Shown piece after piece: positions 9,224-19,742 of a stretch of DNA of 64,000 bases. The notes under the pieces are model-generated. The model did no database searches, had not been told where the DNA came from, and saw only the letters and a list, made by a program, of their open reading frames with translations. Location: positions 9,431 to 73,430 of the forward strand of contig JALONP010000005.1 in assembly GCA_025454875.1 (NCBI GenBank), written 5' to 3'. Made by a program: the position numbers and the translations under genes. The stretch is from Bacteroidia bacterium (GTDB taxonomy: Bacteria > Bacteroidota > Bacteroidia > UKL13-3). How positions within the stretch are numbered: the first letter of the stretch is position 1; every line of letters starts with the position of its first letter.

Positions 9224-10135
9224 TTACAATAGCTTATTGCGTTTGACCAAAAACGGCAACAATACTTGTGAAAAGTCTGTTCCGATGGCAGCATGCACCA
9301 AATCTATCTTATATTGGGCACACCTAAGTTTAAGTGCTTGTTTGTATTGAGCAGATGCTTCAAGGTACGCTTCACGTATTTGGTTCGGAAATAATTTAAT
9401 TCGCTCCCCGCTTTCGCTATCAATAAATTGGTAAGGTTTGTTGGCGAATGAAAACTGGTTTTCTGTTTCGTTATCTTCTACCTGGAATACAACCACCTCA
9501 TGTTTATTGTATTTAAGGTGTTGCAAAGCAGCGAATAGGTTTTCCGCATCGCCTACATTTTGCAACATATCGCTAAACACAATCACCAACGAGCGTTTGT
9601 GAATCATCTCTGCTATTTGGTGCAGGTTTTCAGCAATATTGCTTTGTTTGGATGGTGTCAGTTTATTGAGTAACGACTCCAGTTCCATCAACAAGTACTT
9701 TTGGTGAACAGAGCTGCTTTTGCAGGGCGAATGAAACGAAATGGTATCATCAATAATGCTAAGGCCGGAAGCATCTCGTTGCTTTTTGAGCAGGTTCATT
9801 ATTGAAGCGGCAGCAATGGCACTAAACCGTATTTTGTTTAAGCGGTTAGCGGGGTAATACATCGATGCAGAGTCGTCAATAACGATTTGGCAACGCAAGT
9901 TTGTTTCTTCCTCGTAACGTTTTACAAACAACTTATCTGTTCGCCCAAACAATTTCCAATCGATATGACGGGTGCTTTCACCTGTATTGTACAAACGGTG
10001 TTCTGCAAACTCTACAGAAAAACCATGAAATGGACTTTTATGCAAGCCTGTAATAAAACCCTCTACCACTTGTTTGGCAAGTAGTTCGAGGTTTCCCGTT
10101 TGTATTAAATCGGTTTCGCTTAATGAAATGGTCAT
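9224..10135 (-). CDS. DUF58 / vWA-like protein (MoxR-associated family)
   Basis: GLHKSPFHGFSVEFAEHRLYNTG...RHIDWK...VKRYEEETN signature. Confidence 0.92.
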   Translation of the reverse strand: MTISLSETDLIQTGNLELLAKQVVEGFITGLHKSPFHGFSVEFAEHRLYNTGESTRHIDWKLFGRTDKLFVKRYEEETNLRCQIVIDDSASMYYPANRLNKIRFSAIAAASIMNLLKKQRDASGLSIIDDTISFHSPCKSSSVHQKYLLMELESLLNKLTPSKQSNIAENLHQIAEMIHKRSLVIVFSDMLQNVGDAENLFAALQHLKYNKHEVVVFQVEDNETENQFSFANKPYQFIDSESGERIKLFPNQIREAYLEASAQYKQALKLRCAQYKIDLVHAAIGTDFSQVLLPFLVKRNKLL

Positions 10136-10220
10136 CGCTTTCGAAAATACAGATTAATCCTGATTTCATGCATCTTCATCGCATTTTACCGTATATTCGT
10201 TATTTAGAAAATTTGATCAT

Positions 10221-10736
10221 ATGTTAATTCCAGTAAAAGTTGAAAAAGCGCTAAATGCCCATCTCGGTTTGGAGATGGCCGCTATTTACCATTATTTATC
10301 AGTGGCTTCATGGTGCGAAACCAAAGGATTTGAAGGATCCGCTGCCTTTTTTTACAAACAAAGCGCAGAAGAACAGCTTCATTTTATGAAGTTTTTTAAC
10401 TACATCAATCAGGTTGGTGGACATGCCCATGTTCCCGAGCTTAAAAAACCACAAACCAGTTTTAAAACCATTCTCGAAACGTGTCAAAAATCGCTAGAAG
10501 CTGAGCATAAGGTAACTGTTTCTATTTACAAATTAGTAGAATTGGCCAGGGCTGAAAAAGACCATGCAACCGAAGCTTTTTTGAAGTTTTTTGTGGATGA
10601 GCAATTGGAAGAGGAAATGCAATTTAACCGACTCATCGACCGTATTCACTTAATTGGTGGCGGACCTCAATCCATGTATTATATTGATAAGGAATTGGAA
10701 AAATTAGGTGGTACAACAGCAGAAGCAACGGAATAA
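10221..10736 (+). CDS. ftnA: Non-heme ferritin
   Basis: Ferroxidase residues: E..A...Y, EE..H, E..VT..I, DHAT..FL.FFVDEQLEEE. Confidence 0.9.
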   Translation: MLIPVKVEKALNAHLGLEMAAIYHYLSVASWCETKGFEGSAAFFYKQSAEEQLHFMKFFNYINQVGGHAHVPELKKPQTSFKTILETCQKSLEAEHKVTVSIYKLVELARAEKDHATEAFLKFFVDEQLEEEMQFNRLIDRIHLIGGGPQSMYYIDKELEKLGGTTAEATE

Positions 10737-10921
10737 GGAGGGAAGGCAAGGACATGCCACTTATTGCTTTTCGCTTGGTTAATAGCTCAATACTGAATTT
10801 GGCAAAAGGATGTATTCATTTGTTAATACGAAATATAAGCGGAATTTCATATTCATTTAATACTTACAAAAGATTAGCTTTACATTAGGCTAACAATTTT
10901 GAAACACGCAAGGGTTTTGAT

Positions 10922-12682
10922 ATGGATAAAGATAAATTGATTACCAAAGAGGATTTTGCGCAGGGATTGAATTTGCAAAAATTGAAGATAGCGAAGTTGG
11001 CTCCTGCAATTATGAAACTCCTTAAGCTTGAAAAGGTAAATGCCATTTACAGTGATAACGCCCAATTTGAAGGTGGTGATTTTGCTGAGCATATTATCAA
11101 AGGTTTGGGTATTGAGTACGAAGTTTCGGATGAGGACTTACAAAACATCCCCAAAAATGAGCCGTTTATTGCAGTTGCCAATCACCCTTATGGCGGAGTA
11201 GATGGGATGATTATGATTTCCATTTTTAGCAAAGCACGTCCCGATTTTAAAGTGATGGCTAACTTTTTACTTCAGCAAATTCCACAGCTCAAAGAATTTG
11301 TTGTATCGGTTAACCCATTTGAAAAATCGGCTAAGCAAGGGATGAATATTTCGGGTATTAAACGCAGCTTGCAGTTAATTGGTGAAGGCCATCCAATTGG
11401 TATCTTCCCTGCTGGAGAGGTATCTGCACTTAAGTTAAGCACTTTAAAAATTTCGGATAAAATGTGGAATCCGGTTGTTGGCAAAATGATGTTAAAATCA
11501 GGTGTCAAAGTGGTTCCGGTTTATTTTTCGGGTCATAACAGCGTTACCTTTAATTTACTTGGTTTGGTTCACCCAATGTTGCGCACAGCAAAACTGCCAT
11601 CTGAATTGTTCAATAAAAAAGATGAAAAAATAAAGGTGCGTATTGGCAAACCAATTTCAATCAAAACCATTCAAGAGTTTACCGACCCAAATGATTTGTT
11701 GCGTTTTGTGAGGGCAAAAACATATGCTTTAGGATCTTCATTGGATGTGCCAACTTTTTTCGAGCAGATTAAAGAAGCAATTGTATTAAACGAGCCCAAG
11801 CCTATTATTGACGAAACACCACATGATTTGATTTTGCAAGACATTGAGCGATCCAAACAACGCGACTTGGTTTTTAAACAAGATCATTTTTGTGTGTTCA
11901 TGAGCGGTGCCAAACATATACCCAATGTATTACGTGAAATTTCGAGGTTAAGAGAAATTACGTTCAGGGCAGTGGGAGAAGGAACAAACAAACCTTTTGA
12001 TACGGATGAGTACGATATTCATTACAAGCACTTGTTTATTTGGGACGATGAAGCACAGAAGATTGTTGGCGCTTATCGAATTGGATTGGGCGATGTATTG
12101 TACAGGAGGTATAAAAAGAAAGGGTTTTACTTGAACGAGCTTTTTAAAATCAGCAAAGATTTTACTCCAATACTTAAAAATTCGCTCGAATTGGGTAGGT
12201 CATTCATCACGCTCGAATACCAACGTAAACCGCTAAGTTTGGTATTATTATGGAAGGGGGTAAATGAGTTTTTGCGCAAGGAACAATACCGTTACCGTTA
12301 TTTAATTGGCCCAGTAAGCATTAGCAATAGCTTTTCTGATTTGTCGAAAGATTTATTAGTTGATTTTATTACCAAGCATCATTTTGATACCGAGTTGTCA
12401 AAGATGGTTACTCCACGTAAACGTTATTCGTATCAATACGAGGGCGAAGGTAAAGCCTTGATGGAAATGGATGTTCCAGATATGAAAGTGTTAGATGGAT
12501 TGATTGCAGATATTGAGCAATCGCAAATGAAAGTACCTGTGCTGCTTAAAAAGTACTTAAAACAAAATGCTAAAATCATTGCATTTAATGTTGACCCTAA
12601 ATTCAATAATGCGTTGGATGGATTTTTAGTTATGGATGTATCTGAAGTGCCTGAGGATACATTTGAGATGGTGATGCGTTGA
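10922..12682 (+). CDS. Bifunctional PlsC-like acyltransferase / GNAT (OlsF-like amino-lipid synthase family, often annotated as putative hemolysin)
   Basis: ANHPYGGVDG and FPAGEVS (PlsC domain); RLREITFRAVGEG, GAYR, ELGRSF, AFNVDPKFNNALDG (Acetyltransf_5 domain). Confidence 0.85.
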   Translation: MDKDKLITKEDFAQGLNLQKLKIAKLAPAIMKLLKLEKVNAIYSDNAQFEGGDFAEHIIKGLGIEYEVSDEDLQNIPKNEPFIAVANHPYGGVDGMIMISIFSKARPDFKVMANFLLQQIPQLKEFVVSVNPFEKSAKQGMNISGIKRSLQLIGEGHPIGIFPAGEVSALKLSTLKISDKMWNPVVGKMMLKSGVKVVPVYFSGHNSVTFNLLGLVHPMLRTAKLPSELFNKKDEKIKVRIGKPISIKTIQEFTDPNDLLRFVRAKTYALGSSLDVPTFFEQIKEAIVLNEPKPIIDETPHDLILQDIERSKQRDLVFKQDHFCVFMSGAKHIPNVLREISRLREITFRAVGEGTNKPFDTDEYDIHYKHLFIWDDEAQKIVGAYRIGLGDVLYRRYKKKGFYLNELFKISKDFTPILKNSLELGRSFITLEYQRKPLSLVLLWKGVNEFLRKEQYRYRYLIGPVSISNSFSDLSKDLLVDFITKHHFDTELSKMVTPRKRYSYQYEGEGKALMEMDVPDMKVLDGLIADIEQSQMKVPVLLKKYLKQNAKIIAFNVDPKFNNALDGFLVMDVSEVPEDTFEMVMR

Positions 12683-12696
12683 TTGGTACAACGCCC

Positions 12697-12828
12697 CTTC
12701 TCGATACACCGCGATACTCGCGGCACTCGAAGTGACGAACTGATTTTCACTTCTCGATACTCATGGCAACTCGAATTGACGGAATCAACGTCACTTCGAG
12801 TAGAGGCGCAGCCTCATATCGAGAAGTG
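12697..12828. repeat. REP/BIME-like cluster of three units, CTTCTCGATA-(variable hairpin)-ACTCGAAGTGACG, two direct and one inverted
   Basis: Units at 12697-12737 (+), 12748-12781 (+) and 12789-12828 (-), lying between convergent genes. Confidence 0.8.
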
Positions 12829-12833
12829 AGAGA

Positions 12834-13565
12834 TTAGGAAGAATGGTAAAATGGAATTCCTGCTTGTCGTATGATATGCAAAACCGAATGGTAGTGCTCT
12901 TGCAAAGCAGGCATGAGGAGTTGGTTTTCGGGATGAAAAGCAATAGCTACAGGAGAGTGCTGTACTGCAACAGTTTCTATCAGTCGCTTAAAGCGATCAA
13001 ACACAACAGTGGGCGACTCTGTAAAAAAAAGATTATCGAATAATACAGTTGGAATATAATGCACCGAACCTTGGTGCTCAGCCATTGCGTTGGTTAAATG
13101 GCGAATTGCCCCTGTTGTAAAATCATGGGTAACCGAAGTATGATACAGCTCAAGATGAAGTTGTGTTCGGTTATGCCGTAAATAATGGCTTCGGTGAAAG
13201 CCAACGGGTTTTTCAATAGCGGTTTGTAGTGGAACCAGTTGTTTGGCAATAGGTAGTTTGGTATGGCTGTGCAAACCAACTTCCTGCATTTTGATAATAT
13301 CGATAGCCTCGTTCCAAACGGGAGAAAATGCGCTGTAGCGAAGGTCGTAACGACCAACCGTTGTATACGGAACACCGATATGGTAAATGGGGGTGAGGTT
13401 GGCTTGTTCATTTTCACTCACCACTTCTTTCAGTTTGTTTAAAAATACATCTCGTTTAAACAGTTGTTTCCATGTTAACCACCTCGATGAAGGCAAAATG
13501 CATTTGATAATGCTGTAAGGATGCCACGGATGCAACCAATCGATATCGTATGTGATGTAAATCAA
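12834..13565 (-). CDS. Polysaccharide deacetylase-like protein (CE4-like)
   Basis: TYDID, EVGLH, RSHYLR and FHPEN motifs. Confidence 0.65.
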   Translation of the reverse strand: MIYITYDIDWLHPWHPYSIIKCILPSSRWLTWKQLFKRDVFLNKLKEVVSENEQANLTPIYHIGVPYTTVGRYDLRYSAFSPVWNEAIDIIKMQEVGLHSHTKLPIAKQLVPLQTAIEKPVGFHRSHYLRHNRTQLHLELYHTSVTHDFTTGAIRHLTNAMAEHQGSVHYIPTVLFDNLFFTESPTVVFDRFKRLIETVAVQHSPVAIAFHPENQLLMPALQEHYHSVLHIIRQAGIPFYHSS

Positions 13566-14230
13566 TTTAAGATTGTTTTAGCCATTAAATAGGATGGTCC
13601 TTCTGATCCAGTAATCTGCCATCCATTTCTTTCGTATGATCGAATTGCTTTTTGGTTATTTTTTCTCACCGAAAGTTCCATTTTCCCCGCTCCCATCACC
13701 TTGCTTTTTTCTTCAAAGGCCTGTTGAAGCAAGGAGCCTAACCCTTTACCATGCTGCTTCGGATGAACACCAATCACAACAAGTCCCGATTTGATTTCAT
13801 CAGTTGGTTGTTTTACAACAATGGGTTTAGGTTGATTTTTTTTGAATAAGCGTTTGAGTTTTCGCTTAAGGTTGGTTACAATAAATGGCAAACGCTTCCG
13901 AATTTCGGGATGAAACAATAACCATGGTTTTAACAACAAACGCTTCATTCCAGCTTGCATTCCAAATTGTGTCATCCCACTGGCTGATCCAAATGCATCT
14001 GATCCATCCATTACTACACCGCCACAGTAGCCAATACATTCTTCTCCCTCTTCAATCCAAACCAAAAACTTGTTTTGTGCACTTAAGTACCACTTAAACA
14101 TATCAGCTACCACTGTCTTGCCTAATAATGTGGTAACTGATTCTGGAAATGCATGCATATGGCATGCAGCGATTTTTGCCAAATCAGTTTGTTGGGCTTC
14201 TTTTATTACAACTGTTGAATTCGTTTCCAA
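13562..14230 (-). CDS. GNAT family N-acetyltransferase
   Basis: IGVHPKQHGKGLGS and N..AIRSYERNGW acyl-CoA motifs. Confidence 0.88.
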   Translation of the reverse strand: METNSTVVIKEAQQTDLAKIAACHMHAFPESVTTLLGKTVVADMFKWYLSAQNKFLVWIEEGEECIGYCGGVVMDGSDAFGSASGMTQFGMQAGMKRLLLKPWLLFHPEIRKRLPFIVTNLKRKLKRLFKKNQPKPIVVKQPTDEIKSGLVVIGVHPKQHGKGLGSLLQQAFEEKSKVMGAGKMELSVRKNNQKAIRSYERNGWQITGSEGPSYLMAKTILN

Positions 14231-15426
14231 AATAATGTGGCTAATTGTTTACGGTTAAATTGTGTGGCAACATATTGACGCCCATTCGCACCAAGTTGTG
14301 CTGCCAGATCTGGGCTGTTATGTAACGTTTGAATGCAATGAATTAGTTGTTCCAAGTTTTCTGGTTCAAAATGTAGGGCGCATTTTCCTTCGTCAATAAA
14401 CAATGTTTTAGCTTCACCATCAACACCCATAATCACTGGTTTACCGTAATATAAGGGTTCGAATATTTTAGAAGGAATAGCACCTTTAAATAAATCGTTT
14501 TTGCGCAATGGAGTAATATAGCAGTCGCATCCAGCTATGATATCTGGCATTTGCGCACGTTGCACACTAGGCAAAAATTGGATATTGGTTAATTGGTATG
14601 TTCTTGCCAATTGAGTCAATCGTTCTTTTTCGGGACCATCTCCGATCAACACAAATTGAATTGCAGGCTGTGCTTTCAGAATATTTGCTGCTTCAACAAT
14701 AATTTCGAGTCCCTGTGCATGCCCAATAATACCTGCATACGCAGCAACAAAGTGATTTTCACTTAAGCCATGGTTACTGCGCCAAGCGGTACGGTTTCCT
14801 TGGGCAGAAAATTGTTCTGTATCTATTCCGTTACGCAATAAAAACAAAGGTGTTTGCGGATACCTGGTTTGGATGTTACTAATAATGCCTTGGGTTTGTC
14901 CACTTACCAAATGGGCATTTTGGTACAGGATTTTTTCAAGAAGGTATGCTGGTTTTAGAATCCACTTGTTTTGAACGATTCCAAGCTTTTCGGCACTTTC
15001 GGGCCATAAATCACTTACATTAAAAATAAGTTTGCTGCTTTTAATCCATTTGATAAACAATGCAGTAATTCCTAAAAACAAAGGTGGTGATTCACAAATG
15101 ACGATTTCTCTTCGTCCGATGCGAAAGAGTCCCAGTATCAACGATGTAAATACAAATGAAAAATAATTAAGTAGGCGCGAAACAATGTTTTTGCTTCCGC
15201 TTGCATAAATCCAACTTCGGTAAATGGTAATTCCATCGAAATTTTCTTTTACATACCACTTGCCTTTATAGTTTGGGTACACTTTGCCTTGTGGGTAATT
15301 AGGCATAGCAGTAAGTACGGTTACTTGGGCGCCCATTGCTTGTAAATGGGTAGCTAACGAAAGCAACCTGTTTTGGGGAGCACCAGTTTCAGGAGGGAAG
15401 TATTGTGTTAAGATAAGGATGTTCAT
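14206..15426 (-). CDS. GT4 glycosyltransferase, WbuB-like
   Basis: LTQYFPPETGA, PNYPQG, RLLNYFSF, DLWPES, YAGIIGHAQGL, PSKIFE. Confidence 0.9.
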   Translation of the reverse strand: MNILILTQYFPPETGAPQNRLLSLATHLQAMGAQVTVLTAMPNYPQGKVYPNYKGKWYVKENFDGITIYRSWIYASGSKNIVSRLLNYFSFVFTSLILGLFRIGRREIVICESPPLFLGITALFIKWIKSSKLIFNVSDLWPESAEKLGIVQNKWILKPAYLLEKILYQNAHLVSGQTQGIISNIQTRYPQTPLFLLRNGIDTEQFSAQGNRTAWRSNHGLSENHFVAAYAGIIGHAQGLEIIVEAANILKAQPAIQFVLIGDGPEKERLTQLARTYQLTNIQFLPSVQRAQMPDIIAGCDCYITPLRKNDLFKGAIPSKIFEPLYYGKPVIMGVDGEAKTLFIDEGKCALHFEPENLEQLIHCIQTLHNSPDLAAQLGANGRQYVATQFNRKQLATLFWKRIQQL

Positions 15427-15455
15427 TGCAACAAAAGGACTGCTTCCGACTGGGT

Positions 15456-16541
15456 TTAGTGGTTACTTATGCTGTTTAAAACACTACATATATGTTCACA
15501 TGCTTTACCGTTTCCATACAAATTTAATTTAGACGGATACGGAGCGTTTAACTTGGTTAATGCCGTTTGCACAATGGTTGCAGTATCTACACCGCAAATG
15601 CTATTGTAACCATTTGATACCAACTCAATCCACTCTGTTTGTTCACGTGTTGTGATGCAGTGTTTCTCGAAAAAGAATGCTTCCTTTTGCAAGCCTCCAC
15701 TATCTGTAACAACCAAACTACAGTGTTGTAATAGTTGAATCATGTCAAAATAACCTACAGGGTCAATACACGTAAATTGCACCTCAATACCATGCTTGTG
15801 CATTACATTTTTGGTTCGAGGATGCAACGGAACCACTACTTGTTTGGTTTGGTGTAATGTGTTGAGTGCTTGTATAATTTGTTTAAGGTATTGTGGGTTA
15901 TCTGTGTTTTCTGCACGGTGAATTGTTGATAGAATAAAGCTACGCGTTTGCAGATTCAATGTTTGGATGATTTGTGATTTATCGTTTGCTATCGTGGCAT
16001 AATACAATGCAGCATCTTCCATAACGTCACCACTTTTAATGATTGTTGCAGTAGTTTCGTTAAAACCTTCTTGCACCAGATTTTGGATGGCAGCATCTGT
16101 AGGGCAAAACAATACATCGCTTATCCTGTCTGTAAGTACACGGTTAATTTCTTCCGGCATTTGCATGTTAAAACTCCTTAATCCTGCTTCCACATGTGCA
16201 ACTTTGATATGTAGTTTTTTTGCGGCCAAGGCACCAGCTAAGGTGCTATTCGTATCGCCATATACCAATACCAGATCTGGCTTCTCGGCAATAAAAATGG
16301 TTTCCAATTGTTCCAACATTTGACCCGTCATTGCACCATGTGATAATCCGTTAACATGCAATTGGTAATGTGGCTTGGGAATATTCATCTCTTCAAAAAA
16401 GATGGCACTCATATTTGAGTCGTAATGTTGCCCCGTATGCACAATTAGTTCAATGAGGTCAGCATGTTTTTGTATTTCCCTTGATAAAGCCGCGGCTTTC
16501 ACAAACTGAGGACGAGCACCTATAACGGTTATGATTTTCAT
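15456..16541 (-). CDS. wecB: Non-hydrolysing UDP-N-acetylhexosamine 2-epimerase (WecB/WbpI-like)
   Basis: GARPQFVK, HTGQHYD, GDTNSTLA, HVEAGLRS, PEEINR, TDSGGLQKEA. Confidence 0.92.
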   Translation of the reverse strand: MKIITVIGARPQFVKAAALSREIQKHADLIELIVHTGQHYDSNMSAIFFEEMNIPKPHYQLHVNGLSHGAMTGQMLEQLETIFIAEKPDLVLVYGDTNSTLAGALAAKKLHIKVAHVEAGLRSFNMQMPEEINRVLTDRISDVLFCPTDAAIQNLVQEGFNETTATIIKSGDVMEDAALYYATIANDKSQIIQTLNLQTRSFILSTIHRAENTDNPQYLKQIIQALNTLHQTKQVVVPLHPRTKNVMHKHGIEVQFTCIDPVGYFDMIQLLQHCSLVVTDSGGLQKEAFFFEKHCITTREQTEWIELVSNGYNSICGVDTATIVQTALTKLNAPYPSKLNLYGNGKACEHICSVLNSISNH

Positions 16542-17941
16542 GAATCAATATTTGATAGATTTGATACTACTGCTTTGAACTTTCCATTTGCATTAAGCTG
16601 GAAATGGTCTACTTCAGTAAATGCAATATGAACTGGCCCAAGTTGACTAAACATCCTATCTTGAATGATGCTTCGTTCCTTAGGTGAAAGAGATTCTGTG
16701 AGAATCATTTTTATTTCAAATGAATCGAGGTCGTGTTGAATAATCTGTGTTTGAATGAGCTTAGGTATTCCAACTGAAATACCGTGAAAACGGACCATTC
16801 TGCGACCATCTTTGCCGATAATCACATCTTCTGTGCGACCAACAATATCTTTGATTACAGTGAAGTTTCGGCCACATTTGGTATATTGATTTGCTGCCAG
16901 TTCAATTAAATCACCAATATGATACCTAATTAATGGCTGATTGTAATTTAATAGACCTGTGCACACAACCGATCCTTGTTGTTCTGGTAAAACTTGTTGG
17001 CTAAGATTTTGATTTAAGTATTCGTTGATACCTACATCGGGACTTTCTAACAACTGATGATGTTCTGATTCGGTTATTGAACAACAAGCTTCAACCGAAC
17101 TATAGGCGTCAAACACTTCACATTGATACACTCTCTCTAAGGTTGCGCGCATATTTGAGGTTAATTTCTCACTCGAAGTAATTACGGCAGAAAGTTTGGG
17201 AGATTGCAACTTGTTTTCTTCAATAAATGAAGCGAGAAAATAATTACTTGCGGCATATCCTATCATGTATTTTACATTATGTTTGATTATGCCTTCTAAA
17301 TAATTGGCTACTGTTTCAGCTGAGATATGGTAAGCAGAAAAATAAGTTTGTTTTTCAAATTTATTGTATCTGTAAAAGGGGCCATTCGAGTTGGCTTGAG
17401 GAACAACCCTTCGTCCTCCAATCATTCCTCTTGAATCAAATCGAGATACTCCAGCCCAATTCCGAATCCTGCCTTCAAAACTTGCGCTCCATCTTTGGTG
17501 CATTTGGGTGGAGTACATAATTTGGGTTGGCGTACCTGTGCTGCCCGAACTTGCATAAAATTTCCCTCCAGGTTCTGGTTTTGTTGAGAGTAAAGTGGTG
17601 GTTCCAAATTGCCTCAATTCATCTTTTGTTAAAATGGGCAATAAGGATAATTGTTCTAATTCAAACTTTTCTAACAGGCTTCTTGTGATGCCATTTGTTT
17701 GATACTTTAATCTGTAAAATGGAACAGTATCCCAGGCATGAAGCAACAATTTCCTGAGTTCAATGGTTTGATAATCTCGCCATTGTTGTTTCGAAAATGA
17801 TTCACGTTCTTTAACTGCTTTGTACTCTTGCTCAAAAACGCCACCAAATCTTCGCTTTTTCCAATAATATCCGAAACCAGATATGCCAATGTTTTGAATG
17901 GGTACTGGCAACAGTTGGTATATAGAACTTATGAAGGACAT
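16538..17941 (-). CDS. CapK-like adenylate-forming ligase (phenylacetate-CoA ligase family)
   Basis: SSGSTGTP P-loop, YSSVE, PLIRYHIGD, GRTED, NGKFK. Confidence 0.88.
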   Translation of the reverse strand: MSFISSIYQLLPVPIQNIGISGFGYYWKKRRFGGVFEQEYKAVKERESFSKQQWRDYQTIELRKLLLHAWDTVPFYRLKYQTNGITRSLLEKFELEQLSLLPILTKDELRQFGTTTLLSTKPEPGGKFYASSGSTGTPTQIMYSTQMHQRWSASFEGRIRNWAGVSRFDSRGMIGGRRVVPQANSNGPFYRYNKFEKQTYFSAYHISAETVANYLEGIIKHNVKYMIGYAASNYFLASFIEENKLQSPKLSAVITSSEKLTSNMRATLERVYQCEVFDAYSSVEACCSITESEHHQLLESPDVGINEYLNQNLSQQVLPEQQGSVVCTGLLNYNQPLIRYHIGDLIELAANQYTKCGRNFTVIKDIVGRTEDVIIGKDGRRMVRFHGISVGIPKLIQTQIIQHDLDSFEIKMILTESLSPKERSIIQDRMFSQLGPVHIAFTEVDHFQLNANGKFKAVVSNLSNIDS

Positions 17942-17943
17942 GG

Positions 17944-18957
17944 CTAGTTATGTTTCAATGTGGTGGTGATATTTTTCCAGTTTGCTATAATTGAGGACGA
18001 TGCAAATAATTGAGAATTCTGATAACAATTGCTCGTTGTTTTAAGGTACATTTGGTTGTTACTACAGATTTCTATTATTTTTTTACTAAAGGCAACTGGT
18101 GTAGCTTCAACAAAAAAGATTGATACATTATCAATCCAGATATTTGGTAATTCCCCTACCTTGGTTGATATGCAAGGTAATCCTGTAGCGGCAGCTTCTG
18201 CTACTGCTAATCCAAAGCTTTCATATTTTGTGGTGTTGAGTAATAAATCTGATTGGTGCATGTACGTGTAAAGTTGGTCCTGCGGGCATTGACCAACAAA
18301 TGAAACAAACTTTGTTAATCCTAACTGTTCTACCAATATTCTCATTTTGGCCATTAAACCTAAATCAGGTCCTACCATTGTGAGTGTGGCATTCATTTGC
18401 TGTTGATGTAAATGATGCAATGCTTCAATGGCAATAGTAGGTTGGTATATTTCACCAAATGCCCTTACCCATAATAGTTTTGGAGAATTGCTTATAAAAT
18501 CTCGTTGCTTGTAAGGAAACAATCGGTGTTGAATAGGATTTGGTAAGTAGTCGATATTGAATTTTTGTGCTTTAAAAAAGGATTGAAGCATTTTGGATGG
18601 AGTTACAACCTGAGCAGATTGTTGAAGCAAGTAAGTAATAATTTTTCTTCTATTTGGAAAGGCCTGAATGAGTCCCCCACCATGTAGTACACTTACGTAT
18701 TTTATTTTACGTATTTTAAGAATGGCAGCTACTATTGCGGTTTGGTAAATTACTCTTGTACTGTATACGTCAAGGACGGCCAGTTCCATTTTTTGAAACA
18801 AGGCAACTACTAAACTTTGGTATAAACGAATAAGAGGCTGTTTGGATTTTGAAACCAACCTCACATAGTCCGCATTGCCCAGTTCAGAAGCAATGAATTC
18901 AGATGGCCCTTTTGTCCCATTGAATTTAGATAGATATGTTCCAAAGAAAACAATCAT
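17944..18957 (-). CDS. GT4 glycosyltransferase
   Basis: LHGG, WVRAF..IY, ESFGLAVAEA..GLP. Confidence 0.88.
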   Translation of the reverse strand: MIVFFGTYLSKFNGTKGPSEFIASELGNADYVRLVSKSKQPLIRLYQSLVVALFQKMELAVLDVYSTRVIYQTAIVAAILKIRKIKYVSVLHGGGLIQAFPNRRKIITYLLQQSAQVVTPSKMLQSFFKAQKFNIDYLPNPIQHRLFPYKQRDFISNSPKLLWVRAFGEIYQPTIAIEALHHLHQQQMNATLTMVGPDLGLMAKMRILVEQLGLTKFVSFVGQCPQDQLYTYMHQSDLLLNTTKYESFGLAVAEAAATGLPCISTKVGELPNIWIDNVSIFFVEATPVAFSKKIIEICSNNQMYLKTTSNCYQNSQLFASSSIIANWKNITTTLKHN

Positions 18958-18983
18958 GTTACTTATTCTGAATTCGAACGGTT

Positions 18984-19742
18984 CTATTTCAGTATTTTAT
19001 GAATCTGATTTTTGATTTCTTTTACTTCAAAAAGTATAAGGGACTTATCTTGAACTTGTCCATAGTTTTCTTTGCACTCTTCCCATAGAACATCAACTTC
19101 TTTTGGAAGATTATAGGGTTGTCTTTGTAAATTGAGTAGTCGAAAATTGCCCATTGTTATATCATAATTATGCTTTGTTAATGGGAAATTCGTGGTCATT
19201 AAATATTTAATATCCGATTGAATAAGGTTAAGTAAGAATGATTTAATGTTTTTATCATTAAAATGAACTAAACAGTCACGTACAAATATTAAATCAACTT
19301 TGGGTAAAGGATCTTGAATAATATCTAGTTTAATGAAAGAAATTTGCGGATTGCCATATCTTTGGTTGTTTAAATCAACCAATGCTTGCACAATATCACC
19401 ACCTGTATATTTTACATCTTTAAACTGAACATATTTCATCCAATTAAAATCGCCACACGGGGCGTCTAGTATAGACTTGACATTATACTTCTTAAGAAAA
19501 GCTGGAAGTTTATCTATGATGGCTTGCGTATTTTTTAACTCCGACCCATGGCCTGATACACTTTCGGTATTATTCCAATTATTGTTATTATAGATATCTG
19601 TAAAGACCTTTTCTGCTGATGTTTGTGTTGCATCTAAACGGTATTTCAAAAGTCTTTCCGTATATAGTTTGTAAAAGTACCATGCAATTGGAAGGTCTTT
19701 AATTTTACGAACAATAAATCCTTTATTGATTTTATACTTCAT
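18984..19742 (-). CDS. Class I SAM-dependent methyltransferase
   Basis: FTDIY..N.W...ESVSGHGS, ILDAPCGDFNW, RDCLVH. Start ATG at 19742 preferred. Confidence 0.85.
   Translation of the reverse strand: MKYKINKGFIVRKIKDLPIAWYFYKLYTERLLKYRLDATQTSAEKVFTDIYNNNNWNNTESVSGHGSELKNTQAIIDKLPAFLKKYNVKSILDAPCGDFNWMKYVQFKDVKYTGGDIVQALVDLNNQRYGNPQISFIKLDIIQDPLPKVDLIFVRDCLVHFNDKNIKSFLLNLIQSDIKYLMTTNFPLTKHNYDITMGNFRLLNLQRQPYNLPKEVDVLWEECKENYGQVQDKSLILFEVKEIKNQIHKILK

Noticed and set aside
10922-12682. Hemolysin toxin
   Set aside because: The motifs are PlsC plus GNAT acyltransferase; the hemolysin label for this family is a legacy annotation.
12697-12828. CRISPR array interpretation of the repeat-variable-repeat pattern
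   Set aside because: Only three units, one inverted, with short self-complementary variable parts and no cas genes. It fits a REP-like cluster.
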